Part shown: in pieces, positions 10,333-23,039 of the stretch | How the letters are laid out: every line of letters begins with the position of its first letter | Position numbering within the stretch: position 1 is the stretch's first letter | Assembly: GCA_965644315.1 (NCBI GenBank) | Contig: CBFFRQ010000075.1 | Span: forward strand, 1-64,000 | DNA length: 64,000 nt | Source: Caecitellus pseudoparvulus | Lineage: Eukaryota; Protista; Bigyra: Bicosoecida | Direction of reading: 5' to 3' | Position numbers and translations under genes: made by a program | Notes under the pieces: generated by a model | Databases searched by the model: none | What the model saw: the letters and a program-made list of their open reading frames with translations, nothing else | What the model was told of the DNA's origin: nothing

Positions 10333-11874
10333 ATGGGGCGCATTACGGTGTTCACGCAGCCCAATTGCAAGTATTGCGACAAGGTGATGTGTGTCATTCG
10401 CTCCATCATCCAGGCGTTGGCGGACGAGTTGTCAGCTGTGAAGCCTGCGTACGGCATCGAGGTGAGGGTGGGCGAACTCTGGCGAAACGCCAGGGCGCAC
10501 TGGCTTCGCTGCGCCGCGCACACCCTCCAACGACGCCCCCGCCGGACCAGATTGTGACGTACGACGTGAGCAAGGATCCAGCGAGGTCTGCTCAGTGTCG
10601 CAAGTTGACGAGGGCCCACACGGTGCGTGCGCAGCGTCACTGCCCGAGCAGCTGGCCAAGGCAGCAGCGCGACCCTCCCCGCCTCCACACCACAGGTCCC
10701 GCAAGTCTTCTTCAACAGCGAGCACATCGGCAACCACGGCAACTGCACAGTGTTTTCCCGCTGTGGCGAGCTGCGTCGGCGCCTGTTGCAGCTGGCCGCC
10801 GAGCCTCACCAGGGGCTGCCTGCGCCGGAAGCCGCCCTGGTGAAGGTGGATGCTGACGTGGCCTTCTCATCACAGCCCACGACGGCGCAGCTGAGCACGC
10901 TAGCAGCCTTCGGCTTCAACACTGTCCTGTGCCTGACGCACTCAGACGAGCTAGGGGCCCTGTCAGCGGAAGGCGCCGTGGCGGCCAGCACCGGGCTCAC
11001 CTTCACACATTTGCCGCCGCCACACCCCGCCCACGTCTCCACGTCCCACGTGGAGGTGGACCTCATCCCCCACATCAAGTGCGCGACGCCGGAGCACGGG
11101 CCCTGCACCGCCTCCGCCACAGCCTGTGTCGCAGAGCAAGTCATCCCCCCCCTGCCCCCCCCCGCCGAGACCGGCACTGGCTTCTCCTCCGCTGCCACCC
11201 CAGATGCCTCCGACGGCGACGACGACACGCAGTCCAGCCCCTTGCAGCCTTCCACCCGCAGCACCAGCAGCTCCAGCACCGTGGGCCCCCTCCTGGACTT
11301 CAACCGGCCGTCCACGCGGCCTGCCCGCTCAGGCAGCACGGCCTCGGATGGCGCAGTCTCCAGCCCTGCAGTGGAGGCGGCCGTGGCGTCGCCAGACATG
11401 CAGAGCATGGTGTCGGGCCTCACAGGTGTCTCGGACCTGTCGGCACGCGACGTGTGGACGCTGGACGGCGCTGACCTGGCTGGGCGCGAGCCAGGGGAGG
11501 TGGCCTGGACACCCGACTGGTTCGCCACGGCGGTGGCGGCGCTGGAGGCTGCAGCCAAGCCAGTGCTGGTGCACGATACCACTGGCGTGGCTGCCTGTGC
11601 AGTGGCACTGGCACTGGCCGCACAGCGCCTGGGCGCTGCCTTCCCACAGGTGCTCACCTGGGCCCGCACGCTGGGGCATGAGCTGGAGGAGCACGCTGAC
11701 TTGGCCACCGCCGTGCAAGCGTTCCTGGACCCGCACGGCACCGCGGCGCTGGAAGAAGATGAGTGCTCACAGTCCCCTTGCGGCAGTTCTGAGGAAGCCG
11801 CAGGGCCAGGGGACACAGATGCCGCAACTCTGGACAGTCTCAGCCCGATCCCAGCCCCCTCTGCCGCCCTGTAG
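10333..11874 (+). CDS. Glutaredoxin (CKYC) fused to DUF442/Blh phosphatase-like domain lacking the catalytic Cys
   Basis: Exons 10333-10461, 10551-10622 and 10696-11874 (phase-0 introns) give RITVFTQPNCKYC...HTVPQVFFNSEHIG. This is followed by DUF442-like VAFSSQPT..LAAFGFNTVL..GLTFTHLP..KPVLVHDTTG. Confidence 0.75.
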
Positions 11875-11996
11875 TGCCCGGGCGCGCAGCGTGCGGCCGC
11901 CCTGCCGACCAATTCAATCTTGTTGTACGCAGCAGCGCACCCAGCGTCTAGCCGGGCGTGGTGCGTGACCAGGCAACTTCGTGAAACTGCGCAGCC

Positions 11997-14900
11997 ATGG
12001 CCCGCGTTGCGCGGCGCACGGTCATCTCAGACATCTCCAGCTTCGACAGGTGAGCGCGCGGGCACCACATGCCGTGCGAGGTTCTGCAGCCCAGTGCACT
12101 TGGCTCGCGTCCACTCTCATCACAGGTTTGAACAGGAGTCATGGAGTGTCATGGGGCGCTTGGCGGCGCGTGCAGGCTTGGGTGAGTTGCCTGGCGTTGA
12201 GCCTGCGTTTCACGCTCAACGCCACGCCTCACTCACCCCCCCTGCCCAGAGCTGTCGGACCTGGAGCGCATGGATGTGCACAGTCTTCGCCATGAAGGTA
12301 TGGTCGTGCTTTTCGTGACATGCCGGAGGCACTCGCCACACTGCAGCCCCGCCCCGCCTCGCAGCGCTGGCTGGAGTTGCAGCCCGCACGGGACCCGCGC
12401 TTGTGCGTGCCTTGGCCTGCACGCTGCAGTCCTTGAAGCGCGGCGTTGACGCAGAGCGAGCGAAGCACAACACATCATTCATGTCAGGAGAGGGGCTGAC
12501 GACCCAGGAGCTCTTGACGCGTGACAGCATCCAAGACCTGGTGCTGCTGGCGCAAGTGCTGGCTGGCATGGGCGACGCCAACGCGGCCAGCTTCTGCCTC
12601 CGCACGGTCAGCAACGTGGTGTACGAAGACCCCTTCCCACACTTCCACGAGAACCGCGCCGTGTACGACTTCTGCGCGTACCAGTGCAGGCGTGCGCTGG
12701 GCAGTGTGCAGGCCGCCTCGGTCGTATATGCGAACCACCTGGCACACGTGCACCGCCGCTTCGGCAAGGGCCAGCTGGACGCCAGCCGCCTGCAGATGCA
12801 GCTGGCACTGTGCCACATGCAGATGGGCAAGGCCGCTCCCGCCCTGGCGTACATGGAGGCGGCCCTGGCCACCCAGCAAGCCAAGCTGCCTCGCAGCCAC
12901 CCCCAAGTCATTCGCACCACGGTCATGGCAGGCACGCTCAGCGACCTCAACGGCAAGGACTCTGCGGCTGCCAAGCACTACACTGCCGCCCGGGACCTCA
13001 TCCGTGCCACCAGCTCTGGCAGGGCTGGCAGGCTGGGGGAGGCTCAGGTGAACCTGCGCTTGGGCCGCTTGCTGGCCAAGCAAGGCAGGCTGCACGATGC
13101 GCAAGACTTGGTCCGGGACGCCTACGACTGCCTCAACTCCTTGCTTGGTGGTCAAGACGCCAAGACCATCATGGCCAGGCGCACCCTGAATGCTGTGCGC
13201 TCCAAGCTGGGGCTGCGTGGAGTGCAGGGCAGCACCACCATCTCGCCTGCGCAGGCTGCTCGGCAGCGCCAGAAGGTTGACATGGGCATGGACTTTGACT
13301 TTGGCATGGAGTCTAGTGAACCCTCAAGTGCGCGGGCCCCCGCTGCACCGTCTCTCGACTCCCTCCTTGAGTCCAAGCAAGCTGAGAGCAAGGCTGCGCC
13401 TGACGCGGCCTCCGATGCCGCATCCATCGCGTCCACTGCAGAATCGTACACCGACTCGGATTCAGACGACGACATCTTTGGCGCGGGGCGCAGAGGTGGC
13501 AGCATGGGCGGGATGGCTGCTCCCATGGGCGGTATGGGGGGCGGTGGCATGGGCGGGCAGGCAGGGGGTATGGCGGGGGCAGGCAGCGTGGCTGGGTCTG
13601 GCCCGATGGGTGCGATGGGTGGCATGGGCGGGCAGGCAGGGGGCATGGCGGGGGCAGGCAGCGTGGCTGGGTCTGGCCCGATGGGTGCGATGGGTGGCAT
13701 GGGCGGGCAGGCAGGGGGCATGGCGGGGGCAGGCAGCGTGGCTGGGTCTGGCCCGATGGGTGCGATGGGTGGCATGGGCGGGCAGGCAGGGGGTATGGCT
13801 CACTCGGTGCAGTCTGGTTCGCTGTCGGGGTATGAGCACGGGTCCACATCCGGCGGTGCAGGAGTTGCTGGGCAGGGCAGTCAAGGGCAGCCCGGGCAAG
13901 GGGATCAGGGAAGGTTTGCCCAGTTTGCTGGTGGGCCGATGGGCCCCGCTTCCGGCTTTGCGGCGACAGGTGCCGCTGGCGGAGAGATGGCGGCAGGGTT
14001 CAGCATCAATGGAAATGCCGTGTCGAGCCAGGCAAGAGCCATGGCAGCGACGTTGGGCCACGAAGCTGCAGCCAAGGCCCTGAGCATGGGGATGGTGCAG
14101 GGGGAGGCGGAGGGGTACACAGGCGGACCAGCTGGTGCAGGCTGGGGAGGTGCCCAAGGGGGCACACCTGGCGCGCCAGGTCAGTATGGGGGACGCCCAA
14201 GTGGAGCGGCGGGGGGCGGCCCAGAAGCCCACGGTGCATGGACAGAGCATCAGCATGGCATGGCAGGCGAGTTCGTCCCCGGCAGCGGCGCTGGCGGTGG
14301 GTCTGGTGCGATGCAGGGGTACGCAGGGCCAGGGGGGGCTGGCATAGTGCGAGGCATGAGCCGCCTGCAGGCCACAGAGTTTGGACGGGTGAACGCCACC
14401 ATTGAGGCGCTCACCTTGCAAGCCGAGGCAGCAGGGGGGGAGCTGCCGCCCCACCAGCGGGAAGCGCTGCGAGCAGCCCTGGCAACCCGCTCTGGCATTC
14501 TGCAACAGGCCATCAGCAGCGTGCCAGATGCGACGCGAGCCGGCAGCGAGGCGATCCGGCAGAAGGCGTATGATTTGGGCGTGGAGCCCGAGACAGGCGA
14601 GAGCAAGTACGCTTACGGCGACGTGGACAGCGCCACGCTCGCCCTGGGAGACGTGGTGCACAACCTCTCCTCGGCTCTCAGCGGACTTCTCACCGCAGCC
14701 CGTGTCAGCCGCAGCCGAACTCGGGCAGCGGCAGTGGGGAGCAGCGAGGCGGCTGCGGAGACCACTGCCCGGTGGACGGGGGACGGCACCATCGCCTTTG
14801 GGTCGACTGCAGACGAGGCGCTTGCAGACCCAGCGGCGGACCTGAGTGCCCACCTGGCACACGCCATTCAAGCGCTGGCGGCGAGCAACGAAGTGCCCGC

Positions 14901-17148
14901 GGACGGGGGTGGAGCGGGATCTTCTAAACTCGAGGCGCTGCGCCAGACGCTGTTCGGGCTGGTGGCTGACGTGGGGGAATCGGTGCAGGAGGTGCTGCGC
15001 GACTCCAACATCCGCACATCAGAGCTGCGCGTCATCGCTGCCGCTGCCGCCCAAGGCATCGTCACCCAAGCAGAGGCGTCCGGGGGAGGCGGGAGTCACG
15101 GCGTGGCAGGAGCTGGACGAGGAGGCGCTGGCGCGATGGGTGTGCAGGCGCTGGAGGGAGCCGCTCTCACGCAGGGTGAGCCAGGCCTGGATGCAGCGCA
15201 GGGTGTGCCTGTGGACCCTGCAGCTGCCACGTACGGCATGAAGGAGGCCCTGCGTCGCATGCGGGAGGGAGAGGACGGCGGAGGGTGGGACCCAGCCAGC
15301 GCCGGCCAGCGCACCATGCTGCGCCCCGACGAAAAGGCGCAGAGGGGCCTGTGGCGCAGCGAGGCGAACTTGACGGGGCGCCGCATGAAGGCTGTGGCCA
15401 TGACCGCCACCGACATCCTGGATGCGCTGAAACAGAAGCTCATGGTGGTGGGGCTGTTCCGGTCCCTGGGCAGCAAGAAGCGCCAGGCCCGCACCAGCGC
15501 CAAGGTGTTCTCCATCGGCTGCTTCGTGCGGGAGCTGCGCATGCGCGCGTGGCGGCGCCGAGGCGTCATGTGCTTCATGCTTGGCTACCTACAAGGGGCT
15601 GTGCGGCGCCGGGACCGGTCCCGGCGCCGCACAAAGACGTGGCTGGCAGGGCACCTGCGCAATGTGGCCCTGGCACGCCGTGCACGGCTGCGGGCCACCA
15701 AGGTGGCAGCCGTGGGTGCTGCCGTGCGCGCCATCCGCATCCGGGACTTCAAGCGCCGGTGCATGGTGCTGTTCGGGCTGGGCGTGTTCCCCATGTGGAA
15801 GCGCACGGAGGGCAACCCCAAGGGCTTCGTGCCGCCCAAGGCGACCAAGTCAAAGAAACGCCCGCCCAAGCTGCACTGGGACAACCTCAAGAACGTGGAG
15901 GGCACCATCTGGGAAGGCGCAGGCTCCCTGGACACACGCACCCTGTCGCACCTCTTCGGCGACCTGCGGGATATGTTCGAGAAGAAGCCGAAGGCCAAGG
16001 CGGGTGGCAAGGGCGGCAAGGGCGGCAAGGGCGGCACGAAGAAGAAGAAGCCCAAGAAGGTGGAGATCACGTGGATCTCTGACCCCGACGGCAACCGCCA
16101 GCAGAACATGGGCATTGCCGTGTCCCGCCTCAAGAACTTCGGCTTCGCCAACCTGGCCCAGGCCGTCGTGGACATGGACCTCTCTGCCACGCCCTCTGGT
16201 GACGACACAGTGGAGGTGCTCATGCTCGACCTGGTGCAGCCGACAGATTCTGACCGTGAGAACGCCCTCAAGGCCACCTCTGACGAAGGCCTGGGCCTGT
16301 GCGAGCAGTTCCTGTACCACATGGTGCGCGTGCCGCGCTGCCAGGAACGCCTCAAGTGCATGGTGGCCAAGCGGAACTTCCCTGAGAAGTTCGAAGCTGT
16401 GGCGCGAGACGTGGACGTCTGCGACAAGGCCTGCAAGGAAATCATTACGTCCGACAAGCTGCGGCGCGTGTTGACGCGGTATGTGCTGCCCTTCGGCAAC
16501 GCCCTGAACGAGGGCAGCAAGGCGGCCGGCGCCAAGGGCGTGCGCCTGACCGTCATCAGCAAGCTGGCCAACACGAAGACGGCAAAGAACCCCCGCATGA
16601 CCATGCTGGACTACCTCATCACCAAGATCCACCAGCATGACCCCGACTTGCTCACGCTGTACGCGGACTTCTCAGCCGTGCGGGAGGCCACCCGGGTGCA
16701 GGACGCCATCATCAAGGAGGGCATGACCTCCAGCAGCAAGGACGTCAAGCTGCTGCAGAGCGCTCTGGAGAAGGCAGCCGAGGCCAACGACGAGGTGTTC
16801 ATGGACCGCATGGAGCAGTTCACGACGGACGCGGCGGCCAAGGTGGAGGCGCTGCAGGCGAAGCACAAGGTGCTGGAGGAGGACTTCATCAAGACTGTCA
16901 CGTACGTCGGCGAGTCGCTGAAGAACCCGCAGCTGGGCGCCGTCTTCAGTGTCGTCAACAACTTTGCCAAGACCTTCAACGACGCGGCGGTGAAGTACAC
17001 GTCGGCGCTTGAGAAGGCGGAGAAGGATGCGCGCCTGGCAGCGGCCAAGGCGGCGCGCATGGCAGGGAAGCCCAAGAAACCCCGACGAGCCAAACCAAAG
17101 AAGGGCCCTGCACAGGCGGCAGGTGGGGGTGGCGCTGCTGCTTCCTAA
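11997..17148 (+). CDS. Formin (FH2) with N-terminal TPR-like repeats and no FH1
   Basis: Exons 11997-12049, 12126-12181, 12250-12297 and 12365-17148 join in frame. FH2 motifs: KLHWDNLKNVEGTIW, RQQNMGIAVSRL, FGNALN, KLANTK, MTMLDYL. TPR-like helices include LALCHMQMGKAAPALAYMEAAL. Confidence 0.85.
13543..13799 (+). repeat. 75-bp coding tandem repeat (GMGGQAGGMAGAGSVAGSGPMGAMG) x ~3.4 in formin
   Basis: Units start at 13546, 13621, 13696 and 13771 and are near-identical. Confidence 0.95.
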
Positions 17149-17385
17149 GGCGCCTGCAGGTTGCGTTGACCCGGCACTGCGCAGGCGCTGCAAGTTGCCT
17201 GCGCAGGGCACGTACGCCAGCGAGGACAATTCAATCTTGTAATGTGCAAGATATCGAGACGCAGCGCTCGAGAACGCTGCTGCTGAGCTTCGTCGGGCTG
17301 CACCAGGCTCGCGTCCTGCGCACTGGGCGAGCCCTGAGCGCAGGCGTTTTGCACTGCTTGTTGGCGATTTCCGCACGCACCCAGC

Positions 17386-20300
17386 ATGGCGGCCCAGGCA
17401 GGCTCCCCCGGCTCCACCATCAGCACCCACTCCACAGCTGTTATGCAGCACTGGCAACAGCAAGCGCGTGATGCAGTGAGCGCGCAGCTTCCTCAGGTAA
17501 GCGGGCCAGCGAGCAGGCACCGGCCACCCGCCCGTTGCGGTGCACCTCCGCCTGCAACGTTCGGTGCAGTTCATGCCGGCCCCGGAAAGCCGAAGCAGCA
17601 GCTCTGGCGGAGCATCTCCTCGAAGTGACAGGAGACCTCGCCATCGCCGTGCCAGTGCCCCTCCTGCATCCTTTTTGTCCCGCGCAGGGCCGGCTGCGGG
17701 AGCAAGAGCATCCGGGCGCCGCCACTCGGCTTCCCCGCAAGCTGGCCACGCCCACCCTTCAGAGCGACAGCGGTGGCAGGTGCGAGTGGCCGTGCGGTGC
17801 AGGCCGTTGAACGAGAAGGAGATGTCCATGGGCGACACCAATGTGTGGGACGTTGACGAAGCAGGGGGGCGCATTCGTGAGCGGCGGCGGGAGGGCCTGG
17901 CCCCAAAACAGCACGCGTTTGACCACGTCTTCGGCCCCTCCACGCCGACTGCCCTCGTGTACGACAAGGTGGCTGTGCCAATCGTGGATGCGGCCCTGGG
18001 AGGGCACAACGCCACCGTGTTCGCGTATGGGCAGACGTCCAGTGGCAAGACGCACACGATGATGGGCACGCCTGACGAGCCGGGCATCGTCATTCTTGCC
18101 GTGCACGATATCTTCAGCGCCATCGCCGCCGCAGCAGGCAGTGGGGAAAGGGAGTATGAAGTGCGGTGCAGCTACTTGGAGCTGTTCAACGAAGAGCTGA
18201 ACGACTTGTTCAACCCGTCGGGGCCAGCCCTCCGCATCGTGGAGGCGCCGGAAGGCGGCGTGGCGGTGCAGCACAGCAGCGAGGAGATCGTGCAGTCGCC
18301 CGAGCGCGTGCTGGAGCTGTTGACCATCGGCGAGGCCAATCGGGCTGTCAGCATGACGGCCATGAATGCGCGCTCCTCCCGCTCCCACACCATGTTCTCC
18401 ATCACCATTGAGAGCTGGCGCGCGGGCGGGTTGGAGGATGATGGCAGCCAGGTGTCCACGCTGACCCTCGTGGACCTCGCCGGCTCCGAGCGGGTGTCCA
18501 AGAGCGGCGCCACAGGGCAGCGCATGAAGGAGACTGGCCGCATCAACACCTCCCTCCTGACGCTGGGCACTGTCATCAGCAAGCTGGTGTCGGGGGCTGA
18601 CCACGTCCCCTACCGCGACTCCAAGCTGACACGCCTGCTCTCCCCTTCCCTTGGTGGCGACGCCTGCACGGCTCTGGTGGCCACCGTGTCGCCTGCAGGC
18701 TGGAACAAGGGGGAGACGCGCTCCACCCTGGCCTTTGCCACGCGTGCCATGCGTGTCGTGAACACTGCACGCGCACCGACAGCTGTCGGGGCGGAGGCGC
18801 TCCTGGCCAAGTACCGGCGGGAAATCACCGCCCTGCGTGCAGCGCTGCTGGAGGCAAGGGGCACAGGGCAGGTGACTGTGGGGGACGAGTCCCTCACGCC
18901 CGCGCAGCTCCTGCAACGCTTCCAGGCGTCCAGCGCACAGGCCGCCGAGGCAGCAGGGCAGGCCCTGGGGGCAGAGGCTGCAAGCCGGCAGCAAGCGGAG
19001 GCTGCCGTGGATTCCCTGCTGCAGCTGCTCTTCGTGGCTTCCCACGGCGTGGCGGACCTCCCGCGCTCCCCCCGCCTCGTGTCTCTGCTGGCGGAGGTGG
19101 CTGCAGGCACCTGCAGCGCGCCACGCGCCCTGCGCACCATCTTCCAGCACATCCCAGACCTCAAACAGCAGCTGGAACGCATGCGACATGCCCAAGCAGC
19201 GGCAGGAGGTGACGGCACACACCTGCGGTCAGCCTCCAGCCCAGCCTCTGACGGCGGCCCCGAGCGCCCAGAGCACCCCTTCACACCACAAGTGTACTCG
19301 GATCGCCTGCTGGCCTTGCTTGCGGAGCAAAGTTCCTTGAAGAAGCAGTTGGACGAGGTCAATGCTGCGCTGGAGGAGTCCCGCGCCGCGACGCGTGCCG
19401 CACAGCAGGCGCTGACTCGGGCGCAGGCCGACGCGGACGCCGCTCGGAATGCCCAGGCAGACATGGCGACCCACCTGGCCGCGGCAGCTTCCGAGCGGGA
19501 GGGCATGCAAGCCGCTTTGCAGCGGTCGAAGCAGGCCCTGTCGGCGGCGACGGCCGACCGTGACGAAGCCTCCACAGCGGCAAGGGCTGCAGCAGACCAG
19601 CTGCGCGGCGAGAAGGCCGCCCTGGAGCAGCGTTTGCAGGAGGCACAGGCATCAGCGCGTAGTCTGCGGGGGCAATTGGAGGATGCAAAGACAGCCATGA
19701 CCACCCTTCGCCACGAGGCAGAGGAGAGGGGGCAGGCGCTGGGCACGGCCCAGGCGGCCGTTGACGACCTGGAGGGCAAGCTGCGCCAGTCGCAGGGCGA
19801 GCTGGAGGCAGCACGCAGAAGGGCTGCACAAGCAGAGGAGGCGAACGAAATGACGAAGCAGGAACTGGAAGCGTCTCGCTCCAGCACACAGCGCCTTAGG
19901 CAGCAGCATGCACAAGAGGTGGAGGGTGTGACTGCGGCCTGTGACAAGCGTGTGGCGGAAGCCAGTGGCGACCTTGACGCATGCCGAGCAGAGCTAAGGG
20001 CAGCCCTTGCTGCGTGCACCAGCACCAAGGGTGACTTGGACATCTCAGCCTCTGAGCTGCGCAGTGCACGGGCTCGGCTGGCCCAGGTGCAAGGGGAGCT
20101 GGAGGCACAGTCGCAAGCCAAGGCGGCCGCGGAGGAATCCCTGTCCTCGGCACAGGCGGAGGCAAGCGGGCTGAGGGTGGAGCTGGCACAGACACGCCAT
20201 GCCATCGCTGCGCTGGAGGCAGAGGTAGACCAACTGAAGGCTGACGGCGCGCAGAGCCGCGCTGCCCGCAAGGAAGTGCAGGGGCTGAAGGAGGCGGCGC

Positions 20301-21409
20301 AGGCGGAGGCCCAGCGCCTGCGCTTGGCCCTGGCCGACACGCAGCAGCAGGTGCAGCGTTTACAAGAGGCCAAGGACTCGCTGGAGGAGGAGCTCACGTC
20401 TGCCAACACCCAGACCAGCGACTTGCTGGGCACCCTCTCACAGCAGCGCGAGGAGGTGCAGAGCAGCGAGTCCAAGCAGGGCAGGCTTGAGGCGGAGCTC
20501 CAGGCGTTACGGGAGCAACTGCAGCGAGCCCAGCACCGGGCCACTGCGGCTGAGCAAGCTGATGAGCAGCACTTGGGCCAGCTGCATGCAGCGCGGGAAG
20601 CGCTGAGCCAGGCAAAGGCACAGCATGATCATCAGAGTGCAGCGGCAAGCCAGGAGGTAGCGGCCCTGAGGGACGAGTGTGCGCTGCTCAGGCGTCGCCT
20701 GCAAACGGCGTCACGCGAGCTTCAGGCGGCACAGGAGGAGCACGCGCCTTGCCCAGGCCGGTTGGAGGAACTGCGCCAGCAGCTGCGCCAGGCTGCGGCG
20801 CACTCTGCTGAGGCGCAGGGTGAGAGGGAGCAGCTGCAAGACAAGCTGCGCCTGTGCACCAATGACCTTCACGCCGCAAGGGAGGAGCTGGCAGCATCGC
20901 AGCTGCGCCTGGAACGCGTCGCGACGGAGGAAGCAGTGTACCGGCGTCGGGCTGAGGTGGCGGAGGGGGAGCTGCATGCCAGCCGAGGCCTTGTGGCAGA
21001 CGCCCGCACTGCCATGTTGCGCATGGAGGAGCAAGTGGCAGCTGCCGAGGAGAAGTGCACGATCATGCGCCTCAGTGTGCTGAAGGCTGAGAATGCCGGG
21101 GCGCAGTCGGCGTTCGCTGAGCTGGAGGAAGAGCTTGCCGCGGCGCGGGGACGCCTCGGCGAAGCCGGCTCTGGCGCACCCCGGACACCGGCAGCGCTGG
21201 CAGCTGCACGCCAGACCAGCCCTGGCTCGGCGTCCGTAATCTCGGAGACCTCCTTGTCCCCTCTCACACCCGTCACGACACCTGGACCTCTGGGTCGCAC
21301 GGTGGTCACCACGCCCATGTCCCTGAGTCGCAGCCCAATGCCGACAGAGACTAGTCCGTGGCAAGTAGGTTCGACCGAGTCTCCTCCGGTGGTAAATGTT
21401 CAGCTGTAA
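17386..21409 (+). CDS. Kinesin-7 (CENP-E-like) motor with long coiled coil
   Basis: Exon 17386-17496, then intron 17497-17569. Motor motifs: VAVRCRPLN, AYGQTSSGKT (P-loop), NARSSRSH, LVDLAGSER, HVPYRDSKLTRLL. About 750 aa of heptad-rich tail follows. The subfamily call is less certain than the kinesin call. Confidence 0.85.
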
Positions 21410-21674
21410 GAGCGGCCCCGTGTGGCGCTGTTTGTTGCACGAGGCGTCGATGACCAACTGCGCCGTATCCTTTCAAGCCTCTCAGGGCGCCGGTCACGGT
21501 GCCCATGAAAGTCTCAGATTGACATGCCAGAATTAAACTCAATTCCACTGATTCTCTCATGCACCTCCTTGCTCTTTCTTGCTCTTCAGACCTGCATCCA
21601 AGCTCTGTCTGTGGGTTGGTGGGTTACGGTGCGGATTTTGGGGAGCAAGCCACGTGTCCGAGGCGTAGTGTTGG

Positions 21675-22789
21675 ATGGAGCAGTTGACCTCTGCAGCACC
21701 AGCCATTTGGAATGGATTCATAACCAGCACATGGTTCATCACACAGTGGAAGGTGCGCTTGATCGGGCGCGATAGCTCTGAACTCGGCCTGCCCAGCCCC
21801 ACACAGCAATACAACACATCCTTGCTGCCTTGCTGCCTTGCACAGGTGGCAGGGATCAGCGTCTTGGACTTTGTGTGCGCAGCCAGAGTGTGTGCCGAAA
21901 TGCGCAAGCAGACTTCCTTCCGCATGCACTGCATGTACGTGCACCTGCCGGGTACCTACGAGCCTGCTCCAGCCTTCCACTCAAGCCCCCGCGCAGGCAC
22001 TCCTTGCTGGTTGCCTGGATGACCTACTTTGGCGGCACAACAGTTGCAGCAGTGCTGCGAGGCGCGGCCCCTGGGTGGGCCCTTTCCTCTGCCTCTGGCC
22101 TGGGCCTCCTACTGGCCTGGTACTGTGTCTTCTTTTTCCCAGGGGACGCCTTCTTCAAAGTGTACAGCAGCAGTCTAGTGACGGCGCTTGTGCGGCCCCT
22201 TGAGTGCTTGAACACAGGTTATGCAGTTGGGAGCCTTGGTGTGGATACAGCGCTGCGCAGTCCGCTGGGCAAGGCGTCCACGTCAGTGCTCCTGTGCGGG
22301 ACGGTGTCTGGCTGCGGCGGCGGGTTGCTGCAAGAGATGTTCAATGTGCGCTTGGCCCCACTGCAGTCACGGCGGGAGGGCAGTGTGCAGGCGCTGCAGG
22401 GGGCCATGCGAGCCTGCCTGTTGGCTGTCACGTATTTCCTGCTGGTGGACCCACACGACCTGGTGTGGCACCGGCTCGAGCAGAGTCCACCTGTGGCTTC
22501 TCCAGCCGCAGGGGTTGCAGTGCTTGCACTGCTTAACATGTTCTTTGTGCTTGTGGCGCCATCTGCAGTCGATGCTCCGGTACAGGCGCTCGAGGCAGTG
22601 CTGCCGGGTTTCAAGGCATCTTTTGTGCCCAGTGAGCTGGGCAACAATGACAAGGCAGCAGCGGCGGAGCCAGGCGCTGGGAAACAGGAACCAGAGTCAA
22701 CAAGTGGCCAGCACCCAGAGGCAGACACTGGCGGCACTGGCAGCTCCTCCCTCCGCCGACGCAGGCGCAAGGGGTCCAAGCAGGAGTGA
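21675..22789 (+). CDS. TRIC/TMEM38-family cation channel
   Basis: ATG 21675; introns at about 21753-21845 and 21935-21996. Motifs WMTYFGGTT, LLAWYCVFFFPGDAFFK and GTVSGCGGGLL match TRIC; there are multiple hydrophobic helices. Confidence 0.65.
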
Positions 22790-23039
22790 GCGTGGGAATG
22801 CAGTTCAGCAAACCGTCACAAATCTCACCCACCCAAACCCTGTACAAGGCGTGCCGGCCTAGCGACGCAGCGAAGGGCTGGGCCTGTGCAGTGCACCTCG
22901 CCTCTGCCAGTCCCCTGCTGCACACTGAGCGTGGGCTCAGGCCTGACAGGCTTCAGTCGCCTCACACACAGGCCTCAGCGGCGGCCACACTGCAGGTGCT
23001 CACCGAGCGCACAGACAGCCTCCCTGGGCGCAGTGCAGC

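Noticed and set aside
11910-17240. 14-bp direct repeat as target-site duplication of a mobile element carrying the formin
   Set aside because: There are no terminal repeats or transposase, and the core motif recurs after other genes, so a regulatory signal is the simpler explanation.
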